DNA of 64,000 bases from Thermoanaerobaculia bacterium (GTDB lineage: Bacteria; Acidobacteriota; Thermoanaerobaculia; Multivoradales; JAIOJS01), in the NCBI GenBank assembly GCA_963806095.1, contig CAWDWV010000003.1, forward strand, positions 64,657-128,656, read 5' to 3'. A program made the position numbers and the translations under genes. The first letter of the stretch is position 1. The number at the start of each line of letters is the position of its first letter. Positions 57,920 to 64,000 of the stretch are shown here, piece after piece. The notes beneath the pieces were generated by a model. The model did not search any database and had not been told where the DNA came from. It saw nothing but the letters and a program-made list of their open reading frames with translations.

Positions 57920-58315
57920 GTGAAGATCAAGAAGCGCTCGGGCTCGCCCATCGGCAAGGCCGCCCGCAAGGGATTCCGTGGCTATCCTGTCGCCACAGTT
58001 GCGTTCTATGGGCCCGACGATCGCCGCGCCAGCAAAGTGGCAGTCGGCATCGTACTGTCGGAGGGCGCCGAGCCCGACATTCTCGAGCGCTGGTTCTCCG
58101 ACACTACGGACGTCCGGTTCGACCGCCGCATCGCCTCCGAGATCCAGGCATTTCTGGCTCGCAACGGTGCGAAGACTGTGGTCACGACGGGCGAGATCAA
58201 CGGCGGTCCACACGAAGAAGGCATCGACTATCCCGAAGGCGATGTCTGCCCCCAGTGTCCGTTCTGGGCCACCGTCGACCGCTGGACCCATGAGCGCCTC
58301 CCCCCATCGCAATGA
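57920..58315 (+). CDS. Cassette 6: hypothetical protein (131 aa)
   Basis: A single ORF containing CPQCPFW. No family was recognised. Confidence 0.5.
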   Translation: MKIKKRSGSPIGKAARKGFRGYPVATVAFYGPDDRRASKVAVGIVLSEGAEPDILERWFSDTTDVRFDRRIASEIQAFLARNGAKTVVTTGEINGGPHEEGIDYPEGDVCPQCPFWATVDRWTHERLPPSQ

Positions 58316-58346
58316 CTTCCCAGACACTCCTCGGCATCTTGCCGCT

Positions 58347-58424
58347 GCCTAACCCCCCGCTGCAGCGGACAACAACCGCGCGTTCGCCCGGTTGTTGCCG
58401 CTGAGCTCTCATACGCCGTTAGGC
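58347..58424 (+). other. attC 6 (78 bp)
   Basis: R'' GCCTAAC at 58347 and R' GTTAGGC at 58418. Confidence 0.85.
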
Positions 58425-58465
58425 GTCACTCGGAGCGCTCTTACACTCCCCAAGGAGGTTGCGGA

Positions 58466-58984
58466 ATGAGCCAAGAAGGTGGCGAGACCTCTGGTCTTGA
58501 TGACGCTCTCTACCAAGGTGCGCTAGCAGAGAAGCACCACTACGACAACCTGTCGTGGACCATCGGCGCAATCGCATTGATCGGCGCTGGCGTACTCGTA
58601 GTTGGGGTCATGCAGGTACCGGGCGCAACCTACCTCGCCCGACTCCCTAGCCAACTGGCGCTCGCGACACTAGCGGTAATCCTTCTGGAGGGATGGCGTC
58701 GCATCTATGAGCGCAATCGGTTCTGGGCTGAAGTCGCCAATGAGAAGCTACGTGACCTCGAGCGTGCACGAGGCGTCGAAGGCGTCACTCTCTCGTTCAT
58801 GAAGGCCGCGCTAACCGGTCAGGTAGTCCTCCAGAACCTCGACCACACTGGTGCGCCGTTTCGCGACCCCTATGTCGAGCGGTGCAGCCAGCACTCAATG
58901 CACGTCAACATCAATAGGGTACTTTGGTTCGTGATGGTCGTTGTGGTTATCTTTGCCCTCCTCCCTCATAGTCCCAAGCAGTGA
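58466..58984 (+). CDS. Cassette 7: hypothetical 3-TM membrane protein (172 aa)
   Basis: AAGGAGG RBS. TM segments are WTIGAIALIGAGVLVVGV, LALATLAVILL and VLWFVMVVVVIFALL. Confidence 0.6.
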   Translation: MSQEGGETSGLDDALYQGALAEKHHYDNLSWTIGAIALIGAGVLVVGVMQVPGATYLARLPSQLALATLAVILLEGWRRIYERNRFWAEVANEKLRDLERARGVEGVTLSFMKAALTGQVVLQNLDHTGAPFRDPYVERCSQHSMHVNINRVLWFVMVVVVIFALLPHSPKQ

Positions 58985-58985
58985 C

Positions 58986-59027
58986 GCCTCTAAAACCCCT
59001 CGTTGCGGAACTCATACGCCGTTAGGC
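58986..59027 (+). other. attC 7, abnormally short (~42 bp) and lacking the central hairpin
   Basis: GCCTCTAAAACCCCTCGTTGCGGAACTCATACGCCGTTAGGC. R'' is interrupted and the variable loop is deleted. Confidence 0.55.
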
Positions 59028-59157
59028 GTCAAGCCGATTCAGCCGTGAGACTGAGCCGTGTCTAGAGACACGGAGGTGAACTCCATGCGCGGTGCCGTCC
59101 CGAGTGGCCGCCCGGGACAAAAGAAGAGGGCAATGGTGCCTGGTATCATCGGCACAC

Positions 59158-59898
59158 ATGGCTAGATGCACGGCACCAGTTCGAGGCCACCGCACAGCGA
59201 GCGCTGCAGCGGACTGCCCTGCATGCGGTGGCCGCTATCGCGGCTACAGCGGATACGGTGGCTACAGCGGCTACCGGCCGAACTCGTCCCCCTCCTACTC
59301 GTCGGGGAGCAGCGTGGGCGGCGGGAGCAGCGTCGGAGGGTCCGGCAGCAGCGGGAGGCCGAGATGGTCGCGACCCGGTTCGTCCGTGGCCTACACGCCT
59401 GCCGAGGTGCGGGCTCTCACGCCGGTCCGCGCCAGTATCGAAAGGCGAGCGCCCTTGCCCGACCTTCGGGACGTCTTTCTCTGCCATGCGTGGGACGACC
59501 GGCTAGGGCCTGCCAAGGAACTGCACGACTTGCTTGAGTCAGTCGGTGTGTCGGTTTGGTTCAGCGAGAAGGACGTCGTCCTCGGCACGCCGTTGCTCCG
59601 TGAGATCGACAAGGGTCTGGCGAAGTCGCGAGTTGGGATCGTGCTGGTGACTCCTGCGTTGCTGCGCCGTCTCCAGGCAGAGGGCATCGCCGACAAAGAG
59701 CTTTCGGCACTCCTAGCGCGCGACCTGCTCGTCCCCATCGTGCACGGCACGACGTACGAAGCTCTTCGCGAAGTCAGCCCCCTTCTCGGCTCGCGAAGCG
59801 GCTTGAGTACAGCAGAAGGACCGATGGCAGACATCGCGGCCAAGCTCGGCGAGTTGGTTGCCTTCAGTCCATTGCCGGGTTCGGGCGTCGCGAGCTGA
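59158..59898 (+). CDS. Cassette 8: TIR-domain protein with an N-terminal Cys pair and a Gly/Ser/Tyr-rich linker
   Basis: DVFLCHAWDDRLGPAKELHDLLESVGVSVWFSEKDVVLGTPLLREIDKGLAKSRVGIVLVTPALL matches the bacterial TIR pattern (DVFISH..D...A..L...L...G..VW.D). GTG 59092 is an alternative start. Confidence 0.75.
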   Translation: MARCTAPVRGHRTASAAADCPACGGRYRGYSGYGGYSGYRPNSSPSYSSGSSVGGGSSVGGSGSSGRPRWSRPGSSVAYTPAEVRALTPVRASIERRAPLPDLRDVFLCHAWDDRLGPAKELHDLLESVGVSVWFSEKDVVLGTPLLREIDKGLAKSRVGIVLVTPALLRRLQAEGIADKELSALLARDLLVPIVHGTTYEALREVSPLLGSRSGLSTAEGPMADIAAKLGELVAFSPLPGSGVAS

Positions 59899-59940
59899 TG
59901 CCCAGCTCCTCGGTCGACAAGGTTCGCGCGGGAGCTTGAC

Positions 59941-60115
59941 GCCTAACCCGTCGCTGCAGCGGACAGCATCGGTGGTTCACACGCGGGGCGTTTTAGGGGT
60001 TCAGGGCCGCACGGCAACACGCCGTCGGTCATGCCGCGTGCGGAGCACGCGTCCTGCCCGTCGGCTTATGGCGTTCTGCCGCCGGGCGCTGCCGCTGAGC
60101 TCAAGGCCGTTAGGC
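59941..60115 (+). other. attC 8, atypically long (175 bp) or two degenerate attCs flanking an ORF-less remnant
   Basis: R'' GCCTAAC is at 59941 and R' GTTAGGC at 60109. An internal degenerate L'-R'-like copy (TTCACACGCGGGGCGTTTTAGGGG) lies at about 59975-59998, and an R''-like GGCTTAT at about 60062. Confidence 0.6.
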
Positions 60116-60131
60116 GGCAGGGGGGACGACC

Positions 60132-60719
60132 GTGACCACCCAACAGCGCGAAGGATTCCCGCCCAACTTCAGGGCGCAGGCACCGGCGTCGGAATCGGCA
60201 CTGTCGGCTGTTCGCGAGGCGCTTCCCGCCACGATCGGCGACGACTACTTCGCCTTTCTGGCGACTGCAAACGGTGGCGAAGGCTTTATCGGCGACTCCT
60301 ACGTCGTCATCTACTCAACGGACGACGTTCTCGCCTTGAACCGGGCCTACGAGGTCCACAGGTTCGCTCCCGGATTGGTCCTCTTTGGCTCAAACGGCGG
60401 CGGCGAGGCGTTCGCCTTTGACAGCCACTCCCAGGCGGCAAGCGTGGTGCAGGTACCCTTCATCCCGCTTCGTGCCCAACTCGCTGAACCGCTAGGCAAC
60501 AGCTTCTCGTCATTCCTCGAAGGTCTTCTCGCCGCGCAAGTCGACCCGCCGCCAGAGATCAACGACGACACGTTTGGCATGGAGGTCCACGAGATCAAGC
60601 CCGTCGTCTTCGGTGGCGACCCAACGGACCACGGTAACAAGGCCCTGATCCCTCGCCCGCAGCATCCGCCGTTGGTCGTCTTCTGGAACGACACCTACCA
60701 GAAGGTTACGGGTCAGTAG
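60132..60719 (+). CDS. Cassette 9: SMI1/KNR4 (SUKH-1) family immunity-type protein
   Basis: LPATIGDDYFAFLATANGGEGFIGDSYVVIYS and LVLFGSNGGGEAFAFD fit the SUKH-1 pattern. Confidence 0.65.
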   Translation: MTTQQREGFPPNFRAQAPASESALSAVREALPATIGDDYFAFLATANGGEGFIGDSYVVIYSTDDVLALNRAYEVHRFAPGLVLFGSNGGGEAFAFDSHSQAASVVQVPFIPLRAQLAEPLGNSFSSFLEGLLAAQVDPPPEINDDTFGMEVHEIKPVVFGGDPTDHGNKALIPRPQHPPLVVFWNDTYQKVTGQ

Positions 60720-60729
60720 GTGACCTGCC

Positions 60730-60806
60730 GCCTTACTCCCTCGTTGCAGCGGACACCACCCGGGCATTCGCCCGGGCGGTGCCGCTGAACTCATACGCCG
60801 CTAGGC
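60730..60806 (+). other. attC 9 (77 bp) with mutated cores
   Basis: R'' is GCCTTAC and R' is GCTAGGC. The internal stems are conserved. Confidence 0.7.
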
Positions 60807-60856
60807 GGCACAGGAACCGACATCGATCCTGCGCCATCGCCAAAGACCAAGAGCCC

Positions 60857-61318
60857 ATGCCCGCCGACCGCTGGACCAACGCCGACTTTGATCAGCTTTC
60901 GTGGCATGACAACCACCTTCATGGCTTCACCGTTCGTGAGGGCGAGCAAGCGCTTGGCGAGCTCGCCCTGGACATCGACTTCATCTTAGAGTGGCTCTGC
61001 GACAAGGACTCGGGCTCATGCGAGTTCCGAATCGCACCAGCCACTCTCACCTTCCACGAGGTCTCGGACCTCGTCGTCGCCCTCGACTACGTCACGACAA
61101 CGGCCGCCTTGTGCCCAGCCAGCATTGGCGAGATAACGAGGGAATCGCGGGCCGACCCTAGCGGCTACCGAACGTTCAATTGGCGCATCGACATCAACTG
61201 GCCCGCAGGGTGTATCCGCTTCATCGCCAGCGGCTTTTCGCAGATCCTCAGAGCCGCGCCGATCGTGGTGCCACAGCAGTACCTTTCCCCTGGTCAACGT
61301 CTTTCAGTCTCTGACTAA
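60857..61318 (+). CDS. Cassette 10: hypothetical protein (153 aa)
   Basis: A single ORF, MPADRWTNADFDQLSWHDNHLHGF.... No family was recognised. Confidence 0.5.
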   Translation: MPADRWTNADFDQLSWHDNHLHGFTVREGEQALGELALDIDFILEWLCDKDSGSCEFRIAPATLTFHEVSDLVVALDYVTTTAALCPASIGEITRESRADPSGYRTFNWRIDINWPAGCIRFIASGFSQILRAAPIVVPQQYLSPGQRLSVSD

Positions 61319-61365
61319 CTACTTCATCCTGGCACGAAGAGCGAAAGCGTACCAGCAGCGAGGAC

Positions 61366-61441
61366 GCCTGACCCTTCCTTGCAACAGAGGCTTCCCGGGC
61401 AATCGTCCGGGCCGCACCGCTGAGCTCCTGGGCTCTTAGGC
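61366..61441 (+). other. attC 10 (76 bp), degenerate
   Basis: R'' is GCCTGAC and R' is CTTAGGC. The stems are diverged (TTGCAACAGAGG / CCGCTGAGCTC). Confidence 0.6.
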
Positions 61442-61486
61442 GACAGTCGGAACATCGGTGAATCTCGAACTAGTCAGACCGGCTCA

Positions 61487-61735
61487 GTGCTCATGCACCC
61501 GACTAAGAGTGATCGCGGTCTAGGCTTTTGTCTCGCGGCCTTCGCGGCTCGGCTGCTGCTTCCAGCAGCCTACGTTGCCGCGATAACGGTCTATCCGATC
61601 GCTCGCTTCGACTTCGGAGTTGGCGCCGCTCTGCTCTGGATCCTGATTTCCGTGTTCATCGTGCCCACCAGCGTTCTCATTCTTGTGCTGCGGGGCCGCC
61701 GCCGTCCTCAGACGGGCGAATGGGCTCGTCTGTAG
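61487..61735 (+). CDS. Cassette 11: small 2-TM membrane protein, 3' end supplied by the IS
   Basis: 82 aa. The TAG stop at 61733-61735 lies inside the left end of IS copy 2. Confidence 0.5.
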   Translation: MLMHPTKSDRGLGFCLAAFAARLLLPAAYVAAITVYPIARFDFGVGAALLWILISVFIVPTSVLILVLRGRRRPQTGEWARL

Positions 61736-63073
61736 GGCCGACCGCTCCATTTACACTTTGACCGACCGCTGTGTTTACACTCTTCCTCTTCTTACCCTAG
61801 CTGTTCTTCCCATTTCTTTGGTCTGTCTTTGGTACGGAGTTGCAGCATAGAGCTTGAACTTCCGCTCGTCGAACCTGCCGAGGAGAACCGCTCCGAAGTA
61901 GAGAGACCAGACGCCGTCGTCGACCTCTTCAAACCCGACGTTCTCCTCGGCCAGGACGCTGCTGATGTTGAGCCAGCGCTTGGCCCAGCGCACGCCGCCG
62001 TTGCGGCTGACCCTCCGGATCTCCAGATGACCTGGGTACTCGATGCTCGGCTCCTGCTTTGGGTATGGCCGCGGCGAGGGCTGGTACAGCGAGGCCGGCG
62101 TTCGCTGGCCGATTCCTTCATGAGGTCGCACGAAGTTGTACTCGCGGCGGAAGGCGGTGAAGCGACGCTGTTGGGCTCTGGCGTTGCCTGCCGCGGGACG
62201 CGTGGTGCTCGCCTTCAGCGTCCGATGCATGCGCTCGTGGGCTCCGTTCTGCTGGGGCGACGACGGCTCGATCAGCTCAGGCCGGATACCCAGCTTGATC
62301 CACCACACCGACAGGCGCGAGAGGCGGCCCAGGGCTTCGCTGGCAAACGGCACTCCGTTGTCGGTTCGAATCGCCTCGGGCAGGCCAAACTCGCGGAAAA
62401 GCCGTTGCAGGACAAGCCTCGTCGGCTGGTACAGCGTGCCGTCGAGGCTCTGGCAGGCCAGCAGGAATCGGCTGTACCCGTCGACCACCGTAAGCGGATA
62501 GCAGTACCTGCCATCGCCGGTCTTGAACTGGCCTTTGAAGTCCATCGTCCACACTCCGTTGGCCTTCGCCATAGGTGTCGTCGGCCGCCCTGGATGCTCG
62601 ACCCTGCGCCGCGTTCGACGTCGCCGCACCAGGCCGTGGCGCTCGAGGATCGAGCCGGCCGTGCTGGGAGCTGGCCAAGCCCGATCTGGCTCGAGCTCCC
62701 GCAGCACGGCGACGAGCTTCTTGGGACCCCAGCGAAGCTTGCGCTTGGCCGCCACCAATGCCTTCTCGATCTCCCGAGAGGTCCGCAGCGGTTGCTGCTT
62801 TGCCACCGGCGGGCGATCCGCCAGTGCCGACTCACCGTCTGCTTCGAACCTCTCCAGCCACTTGTACCCTGTGGGCCGGGAGATCCCGTACCGCTGGCAT
62901 GCTTCGACCATGCTCAGAGTCCCGGACTTCAGGTCTCTGATGAAGCTCACGCGCTGGTCCATTCGATCGCTCTCCTTCCACGGCATCGACACCTCCTTGG
63001 AGGTGTCCATCGTGATCTACCGTGTAAATGGAGCGGTCGGTCTAAGTGTAAACAGAGCGCCCGGTCTGTACCG
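61730..63073 (-). mobile_element. IS481-family insertion sequence, copy 2 (1344 bp, identical to copy 1)
   Basis: Offset by exactly 8438 bp from copy 1, in the same orientation and with an identical transposase ORF. Confidence 0.88.
61775..63010 (-). CDS. IS481-family DDE (rve) transposase (identical to 53337..54572)
   Basis: The 411-aa translations are identical in the ORF track. Confidence 0.9.
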   Translation of the reverse strand: MDTSKEVSMPWKESDRMDQRVSFIRDLKSGTLSMVEACQRYGISRPTGYKWLERFEADGESALADRPPVAKQQPLRTSREIEKALVAAKRKLRWGPKKLVAVLRELEPDRAWPAPSTAGSILERHGLVRRRRTRRRVEHPGRPTTPMAKANGVWTMDFKGQFKTGDGRYCYPLTVVDGYSRFLLACQSLDGTLYQPTRLVLQRLFREFGLPEAIRTDNGVPFASEALGRLSRLSVWWIKLGIRPELIEPSSPQQNGAHERMHRTLKASTTRPAAGNARAQQRRFTAFRREYNFVRPHEGIGQRTPASLYQPSPRPYPKQEPSIEYPGHLEIRRVSRNGGVRWAKRWLNISSVLAEENVGFEEVDDGVWSLYFGAVLLGRFDERKFKLYAATPYQRQTKEMGRTARVRRGRV

Positions 63074-63080
63074 ACGTGTC

Positions 63081-63158
63081 GGCTAACCCCTCATTGCAGC
63101 GGACACCACCCGGGCGTTCGTTCCGGCGGTGCCGCTGAGCTCACACGCCGTTTTAGGC
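63081..63158 (+). other. attC 11 (78 bp)
   Basis: R'' GGCTAAC, with R' carrying a TT insertion (GTTTTAGGC). Confidence 0.75.
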
Positions 63159-63175
63159 GGCAGGGGGAACCGCAG

Positions 63176-63550
63176 GTGACAACTCAAGGGCCGTACCTGA
63201 ACAGAGCCTACGCAGTGCTCGCCTGGCTTCTGGTCGCTCTTGCCGTCCTGCACATGGCCACTACATTCCGGCTTACCTCGGCTAGTGCATCTACCAAGGT
63301 CTGGTTCTTCTCGGCGGGTTTCGCGATGGCTCAAACTGCGGCCTTAAACCTCCTTCATCGCCAGTACGGCCGCTCGCTGCGGGCTCTGAGCTGGGCCACT
63401 CGCGGTTCCAACGCTCTCCTACTCGCGGTTTCGGTCGCTGGCGGGCTCGCCACGGGTGCCGGCGTAGCGGAGCTCGCCGTCGTACTCGGCGTACTCGCCG
63501 CCATCCTTGTCCTGTCTTTCATCGACGGTGCTGAACTCATACGCCGTTAG
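63176..63550 (+). CDS. Cassette 12: small 4-TM membrane protein (124 aa)
   Basis: GTG start after AGGGGGA. TM-rich sequence (AVLAWLLVALAVLHM...). The last 7 codons are encoded by an attC right half. Confidence 0.55.
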   Translation: MTTQGPYLNRAYAVLAWLLVALAVLHMATTFRLTSASASTKVWFFSAGFAMAQTAALNLLHRQYGRSLRALSWATRGSNALLLAVSVAGGLATGAGVAELAVVLGVLAAILVLSFIDGAELIRR

Positions 63551-63552
63551 GC
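63530..63552 (+). other. attC 12 remnant (right half only)
   Basis: GCTGAACTCATACGCCGTTAGGC with no R''/L'' partner upstream. Confidence 0.6.
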
Positions 63553-63596
63553 GACGTGCGGACCAACAGATCCTCCGGGAAGCCCGTAGAAAGCCT

Positions 63597-64000
63597 GTGC
63601 GCCTCCTCACAGCCACCACTTCGATCGTAGCCTTCGTGCTGCTGGCCACCAGCGCGCAGGCTGCACCACGGCGCTTCCCACCGACGTTCCCAGGCGCAAG
63701 ATCGTTGTTGTGGGTCGGGGCTCACCCCGATGACGAGACCATTGCCGCACCTCTCTTAGGCCGTCTGTGCCGCGAGGAAGGCTTGCACTGTGCCTTCCTC
63801 GTCATCACCAAGGGGGAGCGCGGACAATGTCGGCTCCCGAACGGCTGCCACCCGGATCTCGGCTCGGTAAGGGCTTCTGAAATGCGGCATTCGGCTCGCG
63901 TGTTTGGCGCCCAGCTTACGCAGTGGACTCTCCCAGATGGCGGCGCCATGTCGGGCTGGGCGATCGCCGCGGGAGGTGCCGGGGCGCCCTCAGCTCGATC
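63597..64000 (+). CDS. PIG-L/LmbE-family deacetylase with signal peptide (partial, continues past the window)
   Basis: My own translation gives VRLLTATTSIVAFVLLATSAQA...LLWVGAHPDDETIAAPLLGRLC..., which contains the AHPDDE motif. The ORF is open to the window end and absent from the ORF track. Confidence 0.65.
   Translation, partial: MRLLTATTSIVAFVLLATSAQAAPRRFPPTFPGARSLLWVGAHPDDETIAAPLLGRLCREEGLHCAFLVITKGERGQCRLPNGCHPDLGSVRASEMRHSARVFGAQLTQWTLPDGGAMSGWAIAAGGAGAPSAR

Larger units (their letters stand above)
51453..64000 (+). mobile_element. Chromosomal integron: intI + attI region + >=12 cassettes, array continues past the window end
   Basis: See the individual intI, attI, attC and cassette features. 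Confidence 0.9.

Noticed and set aside
54643-63552. Regularly recurring ~76-bp repeats could be mistaken for a CRISPR array
   Set aside because: The intervals between repeats are 0.3-1.0 kb, and about 2.2 kb where IS copy 2 sits. Each interval contains a full ORF. The repeats are imperfect palindromes bounded by RYYYAAC/GTTRRRY, and no cas genes are present. They are attC sites.

Overview
Very GC-rich Gram-negative chromosomal segment (LptD, MltG, RuvX and a TonB-type domain are present). No rRNA, tRNA or CRISPR array was seen.

**1-51.2 kb: core and accessory genes**
- A decayed Tat-dependent TldD protease.
- Two small toxin-antitoxin-like pairs (HicB/HicA and DUF433/DUF5615).
- A translationally coupled JAMM-MoeZ pair.
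- GT-C glycosyltransferases, including an STT3/AglB-like protein.
- A kinase-like/TonB_C fusion.
- A zf-HC2/TPR/CHAT giant protein next to a Cys-rich secreted protein.
- A long plus-strand operon: thiolase, LptD, sugar-nucleotide genes, a fused VTE5-like/DUF92 polyprenol kinase and a UbiA prenyltransferase.
- MscL, an ECF sigma factor and GT2/LAB_N.
- A 10-kb respiratory cluster. It combines ActA/ActB-like subunits of Alternative Complex III with a CydA-type 'bd-like' membrane protein and four c-type cytochrome proteins (11 CxxCH motifs cluster-wide, ActA-like subunit included); one of the four is fused to an ethylbenzene-dehydrogenase-gamma-like domain. No NrfD-type or CydB subunit is present.
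- A USPx2/PCP_redx3 protein with an (ANGH)n repeat follows the cluster.

**51.45 kb to window end: a complete chromosomal integron**
- intI carries the IntI-specific insertion.
- A candidate attI has repeated GTTACGC boxes.
- At least 12 single-ORF cassettes are each bounded by a homogeneous ~76-bp attC (R'' GCCTAAC ... R' GTTAGGC).
- intI is co-oriented with, and upstream of, the cassettes. This is the 'inverted intI' layout.
- Cassettes include a TIR-domain protein, a SUKH/SMI1-KNR4 immunity-type protein, several orphan membrane proteins and a PIG-L deacetylase.
- Two 100% identical IS481-like copies sit in the array, in the same orientation. Each ends exactly 7 nt before an attC R'' box.

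**Sequence quality**
At least 18 frame or nonsense lesions interrupt otherwise well-conserved genes. The sequence is therefore either error-prone (indels) or carries many decaying genes.
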